Source: Candidatus Bathyarchaeia archaeon (GTDB lineage: Archaea > Thermoproteota > Bathyarchaeia > Bathyarchaeales > Bathycorpusculaceae). Taken from it: a stretch of 64,000 nucleotides of DNA. The stretch covers positions 800,001 through 864,000 of the forward strand of contig JBEKKK010000001.1 of assembly GCA_050010755.1 (NCBI GenBank). Reading direction: 5' to 3'. The number at the start of each line of letters is the position of its first letter. The first letter of the stretch is position 1. The translations under genes and the position numbers were made by a program. The notes beneath the pieces are model-generated. The model was not told the DNA's origin. It searched no databases and worked only from the letters and a program-made list of their open reading frames with translations. Positions 39,781-50,203 of this stretch are shown one piece after another.

Positions 39781-40659
39781 TTGTTGATTGACTTGGTGAT
39801 GTGGACGAAAAATGGAGCATCCACTCTACCCTTGGTTCTGAAACGAATAGGCCAAGTAATACCTGACGATTCTGTTGCCAAAAGAATAATCGTGGACGAT
39901 CAAAGCATTGACGATACGAGGGAGATAGCCCGTTCTTTCGGATGGGAAGTGGTTTTCAATGAAGGAAGAGGGATAAGCAGCGGCTCCAACACTGCCCTGA
40001 AACACGTTTCTTCTGAATATTTCGCAAGCTTCGAACAAGATCTATTACTCGACCCAGCTTGGTTGGAAAACATCCCTAAGAAAATGACTGATCCCAAGGT
40101 GGCCGTCGTGTCGGGCATTCGATTTGCAGATAGGCCACAAGGGGTCAGAAAACTGCAGCAATACGTTGCCAAGAAATACAAGGGAGAAAAAGAATTGGCG
40201 CCCTGGCTCAAGAGTCGGCAAATGTCAGCATTCACTTTGGGGAAGACTCTAGACAACACCATGTACAGGACACAGATAATTAGGGAAATAGGTGGCTTTC
40301 CCAAAACACGATTGAATGCAGGGGTGGATACGCTCTTGGCTTATGCTATCGATGCTGCAGGATATCAGTGGATGGTGGACTATAATGTTCAGTCAACGCA
40401 TGTGAGAACAGGTCTTATGCAAGAGCTCAACCATCAACAGTGGTATGCCTCTATGCTTTATGAGATATGGAGCCAGATAGAAAGTAAATCGAATCAACCT
40501 CCACCTGTAACAAGATCCGATGTTATTTACAGATTCGTCATCGGCCCGTTTACAGGTCTGTTCATGGCCATCAAAATGAAAGAACCTTCAATCGCCTACA
40601 TTCATCCCTTGATTAGGCTTTATTACCTTAGAGGGTTTCTGAAAGCTTCAAAACCTTAG
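39781..40659 (+). CDS. GT2 glycosyltransferase
   Basis: TKNG, IIVDDQSIDDT, EQD and IGGFP. Confidence 0.88.
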   Translation: MLIDLVMWTKNGASTLPLVLKRIGQVIPDDSVAKRIIVDDQSIDDTREIARSFGWEVVFNEGRGISSGSNTALKHVSSEYFASFEQDLLLDPAWLENIPKKMTDPKVAVVSGIRFADRPQGVRKLQQYVAKKYKGEKELAPWLKSRQMSAFTLGKTLDNTMYRTQIIREIGGFPKTRLNAGVDTLLAYAIDAAGYQWMVDYNVQSTHVRTGLMQELNHQQWYASMLYEIWSQIESKSNQPPPVTRSDVIYRFVIGPFTGLFMAIKMKEPSIAYIHPLIRLYYLRGFLKASKP

Positions 40660-40782
40660 GATCATCGAAAGTCAAAAAGGAGCAAGGCCAAGAATAGGCC
40701 TAACAAACCAGAATGCCAAACTAACTAGATTCGACCCAAAGCCCAGTTCAGTGTGTTTAGAGAGTGAGTATTGGAGTTTATT

Positions 40783-41679
40783 CTACTTAGGGCGTTTCTT
40801 TTCGACTCTTGATTTGAACGTGGCGAGATGCTTTTCTCGAGCAAGGTCTGTCTTCAATTTCTCAACGATCATGCCTATTCGTTCAATATCATCTCGAACT
40901 TCTTTGTCTTCCACTTCTCTTTTTCGTTTGTTGTTGGATTCAATTATCAAACGAAGATGTTCTGAATCATAGGCTTGAAGCAGGAGCTCCGTGTTCGGGA
41001 TCAAACAGTGTCCTCCTATGACTCCTGGGAACCAAACTGGCCTGTCAAGCCTTACCCTGTGAATCTCTCCGATAGAACTGACCACGTCCTGCATTTTTGC
41101 ATCAAAATGCCGGCATATGCGATGTGCCTCCTGAAAGAAAACAATCATCCAAGCAGTGTAGATTGTCTCAAGAAGCTTCGTCAGTTCAGTCTCCAAAGGC
41201 CCGCTCAAAATGTTGGTCCTAAATCCTGCCTTTTTCAAATGCTCAGAAGCAGCTTCGGCAGATTTTGAATCAACTCCCCCCACAATCTTGGTCCATCTTT
41301 TCATCTCCCAAATCATGTACTCCAAATCCCTGTGAGTTCCGTAAACAGGGGTGTGCGCCAAGAGACCATCGAAATCCTTCCGAATCTTGAAAGTGGTTTC
41401 AGGTGGAACGGTGCTGTCAATTATCAACAGTCTTGGATTGAATTTCTTGGCGTACGCAACTATAGTCTTCACGAACTCAGTCTGAGAAGAGCAAGGTATG
41501 CAAACATGCAAAACATCCACTTTTCGCGGCAAACCCTCAGAAGACTGTTTCAACTCCCGCATTCTAGCTTCATCAATATCAAAGCCATAAACCTCAAAAC
41601 GTCTGCTCCTTCTCAGAATCTCAAAAATCGGCCTGCCAACTTCACCAAGGCCCAATACCAAGACTTTCTCTTTAGCCAT
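40783..41679 (-). CDS. Nucleotide-sugar (UDP-glucose/GDP-mannose family) dehydrogenase, short form
   Basis: GLGEVG, DSTVPP, TELTKLLE and PGVIGGHCL. Confidence 0.88.
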   Translation of the reverse strand: MAKEKVLVLGLGEVGRPIFEILRRSRRFEVYGFDIDEARMRELKQSSEGLPRKVDVLHVCIPCSSQTEFVKTIVAYAKKFNPRLLIIDSTVPPETTFKIRKDFDGLLAHTPVYGTHRDLEYMIWEMKRWTKIVGGVDSKSAEAASEHLKKAGFRTNILSGPLETELTKLLETIYTAWMIVFFQEAHRICRHFDAKMQDVVSSIGEIHRVRLDRPVWFPGVIGGHCLIPNTELLLQAYDSEHLRLIIESNNKRKREVEDKEVRDDIERIGMIVEKLKTDLAREKHLATFKSRVEKKRPK

Positions 41680-42210
41680 TCGCTCAACCTTCAAGAAGAA
41701 AAACAAGAACACAACAAAAATATATAAACCCACGTGCCAAATGGCAAAATGGAATCCCAACCCTAGCTACATGAGACGCCACTGAAACATTGAAGCTTAA
41801 AAAGCTTCATTCCATTGCCGGTTCGCTCGTCCAGCATCGTCTTTTCAATGGGCCAAGTCAATTTTTTTCGTAGAATTTCGACATCAACAATGCCAACTAG
41901 AAAATCTTCGTGGGAATTTGAAGACCGACTTCTGGAAGAGTCTTTCTTCAAAAAATGAATAACATTTTTGCCAGTGACACTATTAGGCACCGTTTCAAAA
42001 GCTAAATATGCGGGTCTCATACAATATTATTATGATGCAGTTACGAGGGAGAGGAATTTTGAAACATACACAAGCGTTCCTTCTGGCACTGATTAGGATT
42101 CTCTGTTTTTCAATGTTCAAGCCTGTGCATCTCGAGGAACAAGCTCCTTCATCTGTTAATCTTGTAACAAACGGAGCTTTGAGAACGCGCACTAGCGGGG
42201 GAAAGGGAAA

Positions 42211-45105
42211 ATGAAGAGAATATTGGTGTTCATGATTGTCGGTTTATTGTGTTCTCCATTTTTTTCAGTATTTGCACCGCGAGCAAGAGCAATTGCTAAC
42301 CCGCAGCTGGTTGGGTACTGGAAGTTTGATGAAGGCAGCGGCAGTGTTGCACATGATTCGTCAGGATATGGAAATGATGGAGTGCTCGAAAATGGAGCAC
42401 GATGGATCGCCGGCGTCTCAGGAACCGCTGTAAGTCTGGATGGAATTGATGGCTATGTTTACGTGAACAGCTTAGGAACTCTAATTGCCGCCCCCCAAGT
42501 TTCATGTGAACTATGGTTCAGGCCCTCAGCAACGTTAGACGACAGTCACACTTCTGGAATAAGCATAATCGACAAGGGGGACGAGTATGGATTCCAGATA
42601 AATCCTAATGATGGCAGAATATGGTTTTCTGTATATCTGACGCCTAACCTGACTTGGCAAGGTCTCGCGACGACGACGAATCAATGGTTGGCAGGAAAGT
42701 GGTACCAAATTGCGGGAACATACAATGGAAGCATCCAAAAAGTCTATGTGAATGGCCAACTGGAGAATAATACGGCTCTTTCGGGCAGTCTTCCAGCGGC
42801 AGGATCTTATCCTCTAACGATAGGCTGCCAAAGCCTGAGTCTTAACGATTTTTTCAATGGATCGATCGATGAATTGAAAATCTACAACAGCACGCTATCT
42901 GCATCAACGATATCTACTGATTATAGGTTGGCTTGCCGCGTGCATAACTTGGATACCGGAAATGGTTATGCCAACATCCAGGATGCACTAGATGCGAATG
43001 AGACTTTGCCAGGGCAAAGAATACAAGTTGATGAAGGAACTTACTATGAAAATGTGAAGATCAACAAAAGCCTCACTTTGATCAGCTACTATAAATCCAA
43101 CACAATACTCGATGGAAGCGGTATAGATCAAGTAATTAAAATTAGTGCTGACAGGGTCGGTATTTCTGGCTTCACAATTACAGACGGCGGTGGTTTCTGC
43201 GGCATACAAATTGCTAATTGCGGAGATGACGTCATTGAAAACAGCATTTTGACAAACAACAGCTACGGAATTGAACTTTGGAACTCCTCTCAAAACACAA
43301 TCACAGGGAACGAAATCAGAGACAATGTCAATGGAATGGGAATACTCTATTCCGACAACAGCACTATCACATACAACACTATTCAGAACAACTCTTACGG
43401 CATTTGGCTCGGGTGGTCCGAAGAAAACGGCATAAATCACAACCAGTTCATGAGCAACAGCAATCAAGCTTACGTGGAGGACACAAACCCGAACAGGTGG
43501 GACAACGGCTATCCCTCCGGTGGCAACTACTGGAGCGACTACAACGGGACAGACTCTTTCCACGGTTCTTATCAAAATGCTAGCGGTAGCGATGGCATAG
43601 GAGACACACCATACATCATAGGCACCAACAACATCGACAACTATCCATTTATGAACCCTTACCCCTTCACGAATCAGACAATTTACATCGGAGCTGACGG
43701 TTCTATAAACCCTCGAACACCAGCAATCTCCACGATAGATAACACAACCTACATACTGACGGACAACATCGCCAGTGAAATCGAGATTCAAAGAGACAAC
43801 ATAGTCTTAGACGGGCAAGGCTTCACAATCCAAAACGCATCTGGCAATGCCGGCGTTTACATGTATCAAAGGAACAATGTTACCATACAGAACCTGAACA
43901 TCAATGAATGCAAAGCGGGAGTTGTTGCGGATTCTTGTACCAACATTAGAGTGGTCAGCAACAACATAACCGATTGCGGAAATGGCATTTTGTTTGCATA
44001 TTGTCAGTTTTGCGAAATAGCTGATAACAATCTGCTGGGAAACGGTGTGGGCATCTTTGTCACAGGAACTGACAGTTCAAGTTATCCGCTAAGCATTAAT
44101 TTCACGATAATCGGAAACTCCATAGGCGGAAGCACCGCGTTTGGCATTCAAGTTGACTGGTCGCAAAATGCGACAATCTGCCAAAACGAAATAACCGACA
44201 GCCACGTTGCTGGAATTGAGGCCAGCGATTCATGGATAGGCGAACTGGTAGGAAACAACATTGGAGGGAATCAGGTCGGGATTGAAGCTGGTGTTGCGGT
44301 GTGGAACATAACAGAAAACAACATTGTCGAAAACCAGGTTGGTGCGGACGTAGGAGATAATGCTGGCGAGATATATCACAACAATTTCGTCTGCAATGCT
44401 CAACAAATCGGTGGGGGCGGTGTGGATGTTTGGGATGCTGGTTATCCTTCGGGTGGGAACTTTTGGAGTGACTACGATGGGGCAGACTTGCGCAGCGGAC
44501 CTCTCCAGAACTTGCCTGGCAGCGACGGAATAGGTGACTGGCCATACTTCATAGACGCTAACAATATTGACCATTATCCGCTGATGAACCCTGCTGTGCC
44601 AATTAACTGTGCATTTCTTGCCTTCGGCTCTTCTTCCAAGAGCGTTGTTGCCCAAGGCTCAAATCTAAACGCTACAGTGACAATGGATTACTTTGGCGAT
44701 TACCAAGAAACTTTCAACTTCGCAATCTACGCGAACACGACCATCGCCACATCACAGCAAATCATCCTTTCAAACAAAACTATAGTCACTTTAACATTCG
44801 CATGGAATACAGCAGGATTTGCTTACGGCAACTACACTCTAATCGCCAACGCAATTTCCACAACGAATGAAACAACCATGATAAACAACCCTTGCACAGG
44901 AGGCAACGTTGTTGTGACAATTCTAGGCGACATCAATGGAGACTTCAAAGTCGACATGAGAGACATAGCCCTTGTCGTAGGAGCCTTCGGTTCATCACCA
45001 AGCTCAAGCAATTGGAATACGAATGCCGACATTAACAGTGACGGCTTAGTAAACATGAGAGACATCGCCCTCGTGGCCAGAAACTTCGGGCAATCATATC
45101 CGTGA
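42211..45105 (+). CDS. Secreted modular protein: LamG + two NosD-like beta-helices + Ig/CARDB-like + dockerin-like
   Basis: YWKFDEGSG..FFNGSIDELKIY; duplicated WDxGYPSGGNxWSDY..GSDGIGD.PY.I..NNID.YP; C-terminal GDINGD.KVD..D..ADIN.DG.VN..D. Confidence 0.9.
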   Translation: MKRILVFMIVGLLCSPFFSVFAPRARAIANPQLVGYWKFDEGSGSVAHDSSGYGNDGVLENGARWIAGVSGTAVSLDGIDGYVYVNSLGTLIAAPQVSCELWFRPSATLDDSHTSGISIIDKGDEYGFQINPNDGRIWFSVYLTPNLTWQGLATTTNQWLAGKWYQIAGTYNGSIQKVYVNGQLENNTALSGSLPAAGSYPLTIGCQSLSLNDFFNGSIDELKIYNSTLSASTISTDYRLACRVHNLDTGNGYANIQDALDANETLPGQRIQVDEGTYYENVKINKSLTLISYYKSNTILDGSGIDQVIKISADRVGISGFTITDGGGFCGIQIANCGDDVIENSILTNNSYGIELWNSSQNTITGNEIRDNVNGMGILYSDNSTITYNTIQNNSYGIWLGWSEENGINHNQFMSNSNQAYVEDTNPNRWDNGYPSGGNYWSDYNGTDSFHGSYQNASGSDGIGDTPYIIGTNNIDNYPFMNPYPFTNQTIYIGADGSINPRTPAISTIDNTTYILTDNIASEIEIQRDNIVLDGQGFTIQNASGNAGVYMYQRNNVTIQNLNINECKAGVVADSCTNIRVVSNNITDCGNGILFAYCQFCEIADNNLLGNGVGIFVTGTDSSSYPLSINFTIIGNSIGGSTAFGIQVDWSQNATICQNEITDSHVAGIEASDSWIGELVGNNIGGNQVGIEAGVAVWNITENNIVENQVGADVGDNAGEIYHNNFVCNAQQIGGGGVDVWDAGYPSGGNFWSDYDGADLRSGPLQNLPGSDGIGDWPYFIDANNIDHYPLMNPAVPINCAFLAFGSSSKSVVAQGSNLNATVTMDYFGDYQETFNFAIYANTTIATSQQIILSNKTIVTLTFAWNTAGFAYGNYTLIANAISTTNETTMINNPCTGGNVVVTILGDINGDFKVDMRDIALVVGAFGSSPSSSNWNTNADINSDGLVNMRDIALVARNFGQSYP

Positions 45106-45244
45106 ATCGGCGTATGAACAACTGCATAGACTGATCTTAGATGGTAAACGGCGCCAATAACACTCGGAAAATCAACAACTGGTTTTCATCTTGAAAAGTC
45201 GGGCATATAAAGACTATTATAATCGAATTATGCAGGATAGGTCC

Positions 45245-46306
45245 ATGAAAGCCCTCGTGTTAAGCGGAGGCAAGGGAACTAGGCTCAGACCGTTGACCTT
45301 TACGTGTGCCAAGCAACTCATTCCCGTTGCTAACAAACCCATACTCGGTTTTGTGTTAGATCAAGTCAGAGAGACGGGCATACGCAGTGTGGGTCTTATA
45401 ATAGCTCCGGAAACTGCGAGCTCGGTGAAAGATTACGTCGGGGATGGAAAGGAATGGGGCTTCGATATAACCTACATACCGCAAGAACCCTTAGGTCTGG
45501 CCCACGCGGTTAAAACAGCCCAATCATTCCTAGGCCAAGACGATTTCGTGATGTGCTTGGGCGACAACCTTCAAGGCGAAGGCATAACACCGCTTGTCAA
45601 GAGGTTTAAAGATGAGAACCTCGATGCGCTGATACTGCTCAAAGAAGTAAACGACCCTACCAAGTTCGGCGTCGCCGTGCTGGACAAAAAAGGCAATGTT
45701 ACCAAACTCATAGAAAAGCCAAAAGAACCTCCGAGCAAGCTCGCCATAGTTGGCACGTACCTCTTTTCCAACAAAGTTCACAAAGCACTGACAAAAACCA
45801 AACCCTCTTGGAGAGGAGAACTTGAAATCACCGACGCAATCCAAGAGATGATAAACATGGGTTTCAACGTGAAAGCCCAAATTCTTAAGACATGGTGGCT
45901 TGACACTGGAAAAAAAGACGACATTCTTACAGCTAACGCTAGAATCTTGGATGAATACTTGCAAACCGACATCAAAGGAAGGGTCTCAGCCGACAGCATA
46001 ATCGAAGGCAGAGTAAAAATAGAAGCCGACGCAAAAATCATCAACAGCACAGTCAGAGGACCCTGCATCATCGGCAAAAAAGCAACCGTTGAAAACTCGT
46101 TTGTAGGACCATACACGAGCGTCGGAGATAGCGCCCAAGTAATAAATAGTCATCTGGAATACTGTGTGCTCCTCGAAAATGTTGTTGTCAAAGATGTTGA
46201 ACGCTTGGAAGAAAGCCTCATCGGCAAATACGCCAAAATAACCAAAAACTCGAAGAAAAACACCGTGAGACTCCATATAGGAGACTACTCGGAAGTGGAA
46301 GTCTAG
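45245..46306 (+). CDS. rmlA: Glucose-1-phosphate thymidylyltransferase (long form)
   Basis: GGKGTRLRPLT, KQLIPVANKP, RGELEITDA and WLDTG. Confidence 0.95.
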   Translation: MKALVLSGGKGTRLRPLTFTCAKQLIPVANKPILGFVLDQVRETGIRSVGLIIAPETASSVKDYVGDGKEWGFDITYIPQEPLGLAHAVKTAQSFLGQDDFVMCLGDNLQGEGITPLVKRFKDENLDALILLKEVNDPTKFGVAVLDKKGNVTKLIEKPKEPPSKLAIVGTYLFSNKVHKALTKTKPSWRGELEITDAIQEMINMGFNVKAQILKTWWLDTGKKDDILTANARILDEYLQTDIKGRVSADSIIEGRVKIEADAKIINSTVRGPCIIGKKATVENSFVGPYTSVGDSAQVINSHLEYCVLLENVVVKDVERLEESLIGKYAKITKNSKKNTVRLHIGDYSEVEV

Positions 46307-46389
46307 CCCTCCGCAAGGGTTGAATGACAACTATTATAAAATAATCATATGAAATAAGAAGCAACTCAAGCAACAGGAAATGCATCTAC

Positions 46390-46893
46390 ATGCTGACCGG
46401 AATCACGGTTAACCCTATCAAGCGTCTCCCAGACGAAAGAGGCTTCTTTTCTGAGGTTATGCGAAAGGACTGGAAAGAAATCTTGGGACAAGACGAAGTG
46501 GCGCAGGCTAACCTGTCCGTAACGTATCCGGGAATAGTTCGCGCATGGCACAGGCACCTGAGAGGACAGACAGATTACTTTTTGGCGTTGAAAGGCGCCA
46601 TAAAAATATGCGCTTTCGACGAAAAAACTGGGGAGCTCAGCGAGGTCGTTTCGACCGGTGAAATTCTACAGGTCGTTCGCATTCCAGGACACTACTGGCA
46701 CGGGTTCAAAGCGCTAGGAACAGAACCCGCGATGCTCCTTTACTTCACAACTAGACTTTATGACAGCGTGAAACCAGACGAAGAGAGAAGACCCTGGAAC
46801 GATGAGACGCTCATCGCAAAATCCATAAACGACAAAAAAGACGATCCTCGCGCAGGAAAACAGTGGGACTGGAACTTCTCGCCAAACAAGTGA
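46390..46893 (+). CDS. rmlC: dTDP-4-dehydrorhamnose 3,5-epimerase
   Basis: DERGFFSE, RAWHRH and HGFKA. Confidence 0.92.
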   Translation: MLTGITVNPIKRLPDERGFFSEVMRKDWKEILGQDEVAQANLSVTYPGIVRAWHRHLRGQTDYFLALKGAIKICAFDEKTGELSEVVSTGEILQVVRIPGHYWHGFKALGTEPAMLLYFTTRLYDSVKPDEERRPWNDETLIAKSINDKKDDPRAGKQWDWNFSPNK

Positions 46894-46898
46894 GGCAA

Positions 46899-47906
46899 AT
46901 GAAAATCCTCGTGACAGGCGGTCTCGGCTTCATCGGAAGCAACTTCTGCCGCTATGCAATCAAAACGCACCAAGACGTAGAAGTAACAAACTTGGACAAG
47001 ATAGGCATAGGCGCCAACCCCTCAAACCTGAAGGATCTTGAAAAAGAAAAACGATACAGCTTTGTAAAAGGCGACACCCGAGACTCAAAGCTTCTCGCTC
47101 GCCTTGTTAAGAAAGCGGATGCCGTCGTGAATTTTGCCGCTGAAACTCACGTAGACAGAAGCATATCCGACCCAGACGAGTTTCTGCAGAACAACACGGT
47201 CGGAACGTTTACCGTCCTCGAAACAATTAGAAATCACAACAGCCAGGTGAGACTCGTTCAAGTTTCGACTGACGAAGTGTACGGAGAAATCAACGAAGGA
47301 TCTTTCAGCGAAAACGACCCTCCCAAGCCGTCCAACCCGTACTCGGCCTCAAAAGCCTCAGCCGACATGTTCGTTCACTCCTATTTCAAAACCTACGGAC
47401 TCAACGCGTCAATAACAAGATGCACAAACAACTACGGCCCCTACCAACTTCCAGAAAAACTCATACCCAAAACCATCATCAGGGCCCTGAAGAACCTGAA
47501 AATCCCGGTGTACGGGACGGGCATGAACATCAGGGACTGGATATACGTGCAGGACCACTGCGAAGCAATCGACACCGTCTTACAAAAAGGAAAGCCGGGC
47601 GAAGTCTACAACGTATCTGCTGAAAACGAAATTCAAAACATCGAAATCGTCAAGAAAATCCTCACAATGCTGAAGAAACCCGAAAGCCTCATAAACTTCG
47701 TGGAAGACCGCCCCGGACATGACACGAGATACAGCCTCGACTCGGCAAAACTCAGGACAGCGCTGGGCTGGCAACCCAGATCCAACTTCGGCAAAGCACT
47801 CGAACTGACCGTCAAATGGTACGTCGAGAATGAGGCTTGGTGGAAGCCCGTAGCGACCGAAAACGTTCTCAGCCCGACGCCCTGGAAACGAAGTGGTGCG
47901 CTCTGA
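46899..47906 (+). CDS. rmlB: dTDP-glucose 4,6-dehydratase
   Basis: AAETHVDRSI, STDEVYG, YSASK and DRPGHD.RY. Confidence 0.96.
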   Translation: MKILVTGGLGFIGSNFCRYAIKTHQDVEVTNLDKIGIGANPSNLKDLEKEKRYSFVKGDTRDSKLLARLVKKADAVVNFAAETHVDRSISDPDEFLQNNTVGTFTVLETIRNHNSQVRLVQVSTDEVYGEINEGSFSENDPPKPSNPYSASKASADMFVHSYFKTYGLNASITRCTNNYGPYQLPEKLIPKTIIRALKNLKIPVYGTGMNIRDWIYVQDHCEAIDTVLQKGKPGEVYNVSAENEIQNIEIVKKILTMLKKPESLINFVEDRPGHDTRYSLDSAKLRTALGWQPRSNFGKALELTVKWYVENEAWWKPVATENVLSPTPWKRSGAL

Positions 47907-48796
47907 AACTCTTAATAACGGGAGCAAGCGGCCTGTACGGTTCCAAACTCGCCGAGCTGGCCCTGCGGAAAGGGCACGAGGTCTACTCGGGCTTCAGTCG
48001 AGACCAACCAAGAACTGGCGTTCCGTTGCAGTTTGACGTTTCGAGCGAAAAGCAGGTTGAAGACGCATTCAAGAAAACAAGGCCTGAAGTCGTCGTTCAC
48101 GCCGCCTCAATGACGGACGTTGACAAATGCGAAACGAACAAAGAACTCGCCTGGAGAGTAAACATCGAAGGCACCCGCATCGTGACCGAGCAAGCAGCAA
48201 AAACCGGGGCCTTCATGATGTACATCTCCACCGACTACGTGTTCAACGGAGAAAAGGGACTATACACCGAAACCGACACGCCAGACCCAGTAAATCAATA
48301 TGGAATCACCAAGCTGAAAGCCGAGAACACCATCAAAGAGCTCATCGACGATTTCTGCATCGCGAGGCCCTGCGTGATTTACGGCGCCACTCCCGCCGCT
48401 GGAAAAATCAATTTTGCCCTATGGCTGATAAACAAACTCCGTAACAAAGAGAAAGCCAACATCGTGACCGACCAGTGGATTACGCCCACGCTCAACACAA
48501 ACCTCGCAGACATGACACTGGAGATTGCCGAGCGAAGACTCAGCGGCGTTTACCACGTGTCCGGGGCAACTCGCCTCAGCAGATACGAGTACGCAGAAAT
48601 AGTAGCCAAAGTTTTCGAATTCGACTCGAACCTGATCGTCCCCGTTAAGTCGACCGAAATGCACTGGACCGCTAAGAGACCCAGAGACTCTTCACTCGAC
48701 ACGTCCAAAGCACAAAAAGCGCTCAGGAACAAACCTCTGACAATCAACGAGGCATTGAAACAGCTGAAGCAAGAACTGGCGGCTTCATTTTGTTAG
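47903..48796 (+). CDS. rmlD: dTDP-4-dehydrorhamnose reductase
   Basis: LITGASG..G, ISTDYVFNG, YGITK and AKRP..SSLD. Start is uncertain: CTG at 47903 overlapping the TGA, or ORF-track start 47837. Confidence 0.93.
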   Translation: MKLLITGASGLYGSKLAELALRKGHEVYSGFSRDQPRTGVPLQFDVSSEKQVEDAFKKTRPEVVVHAASMTDVDKCETNKELAWRVNIEGTRIVTEQAAKTGAFMMYISTDYVFNGEKGLYTETDTPDPVNQYGITKLKAENTIKELIDDFCIARPCVIYGATPAAGKINFALWLINKLRNKEKANIVTDQWITPTLNTNLADMTLEIAERRLSGVYHVSGATRLSRYEYAEIVAKVFEFDSNLIVPVKSTEMHWTAKRPRDSSLDTSKAQKALRNKPLTINEALKQLKQELAASFC

Positions 48797-49143
48797 CAAC
48801 ATCAATGCTAAACAAAATGCGGCCAACCTTGGCAACAGCCAGCCTCCTCAGAAACACTACACAGGTCAAACGACGGTATAACCTAATCGGAAATGAGGAG
48901 ATGCGAAGAGTTGAAACTACGGAGACATACGCTTATGCGAATGAGAACCATGATTCCCGGAGCCGGTGGTCCGCCGATTCGACGCCAAGAATCCGCGGTA
49001 GAAACGTTCGATGATGTTGAGGCAGTGTTCGAATGTATAGATTCAAGTAGTTCAAAGACCAAATAGAGCTTCGGTGAACACTATTGGATATAAAGAAAAG
49101 GCTTATAGGTTGCTCTTCGAGTACAGTAAACAGGGGAAGGCAT

Positions 49144-50169
49144 ATGATTAACCGTTCAAAGGTCGTTTCTGTCGTTCTCATCGCAGTTTTGGCAAGTTTT
49201 CCCATATTTCTGGGCCTTAACACACAGTTAGCGAACGCTTACACTCCAAATCCTCTCAATCCGCCCTATATTCCACCATCTATGACCCTGCTGGCAGCAG
49301 GCGCAAAATGGGCTGCAAACGGCGGCAACCAGGCACTATTCATCGACTGGGAAGACAACTATCTAATCCACGGAAACACAGACGGCATCACCTGGGGACC
49401 ATGGCCAGCCGAGACAGACATGATGAACTGGACCGACTCCATATACTACATGCTGACCCAAGAAGGCTTGAACGTGACGCTGGCCGGCGACATTCCAGCC
49501 GACCTGTCAGGATACAACCTCCTAGTCATCCAAGCGTACTGGGCCTGCAAACCCGCACTGCTGGCTGAAGTGGCCAACTTCATATACAACGGAGGAGGCG
49601 TCATACTCCTCTCAGGAGTCCCAGAACTCTTCAGAACCAACTGCACAAACTGGTGGACCTACGCCTTACCAACAGACCCCATGAGCGTCAACGAGAGCGA
49701 ATACTTCGCCTGCGACGGCAACTACTTCAACACAGGCGGCTACGCCAACGTAACCGTGGACAACCCGTTCGGCCTCAACATGACTTCAGGAGACACACTC
49801 TACGAAGCCACAGGCCTCAGCAACGCTGGCGTATTCAACCCAGAGAACGGAGCTGTAACCATAGCAGAATGGAACCCTGGACTCTACGGTCTGGGCGACT
49901 ACCAGCCTGCCTTCGCATACACATACACGTACGGCTCAGGCCGAGTGTACTACCAAGCATCCTTCGAATGTCTTGACCCGCCGAACCACATTCTGGAAGA
50001 CGTTGGCAACTACGGCGTAGTCAACATGAACGACGTAGCCATCGTAGCGAGAGCCTTCGGATCCAGACCAGGCAGCAGCAACTGGAACCCAGCCGCAGAC
50101 ATCAACTTCGACGGAAAAGTCAACATGAAAGACATCGCCCTCGTAGCCAGACACTTCGGACAACACTAA
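49144..50169 (+). CDS. Secreted GATase1/ThuA-like domain protein with C-terminal dockerin-like domain
   Basis: Signal peptide; core paralogous to 25903-27000; tail NWNPAADINFDGKVNMKDIALVA. Confidence 0.85.
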   Translation: MINRSKVVSVVLIAVLASFPIFLGLNTQLANAYTPNPLNPPYIPPSMTLLAAGAKWAANGGNQALFIDWEDNYLIHGNTDGITWGPWPAETDMMNWTDSIYYMLTQEGLNVTLAGDIPADLSGYNLLVIQAYWACKPALLAEVANFIYNGGGVILLSGVPELFRTNCTNWWTYALPTDPMSVNESEYFACDGNYFNTGGYANVTVDNPFGLNMTSGDTLYEATGLSNAGVFNPENGAVTIAEWNPGLYGLGDYQPAFAYTYTYGSGRVYYQASFECLDPPNHILEDVGNYGVVNMNDVAIVARAFGSRPGSSNWNPAADINFDGKVNMKDIALVARHFGQH

Positions 50170-50176
50170 ATAACCA

Positions 50177-50192
50177 CCTTTTTTTTCATTTT
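50177..50192 (+). terminator. Oligo-T terminator
   Basis: CCTTTTTTTTCATTTT a few bases after the stop codon. Confidence 0.55.
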
Positions 50193-50203
50193 CTCCTCAT
50201 CAG

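Noticed and set aside
41763-42192. Short ORFs upstream of the LamG gene
   Set aside because: No recognisable motifs; cannot be supported as genes or pseudogenes.
42988-43791. 267-aa minus-strand ORF
   Set aside because: Antisense to the Asn-rich beta-helix gene; Val-rich mirror composition.
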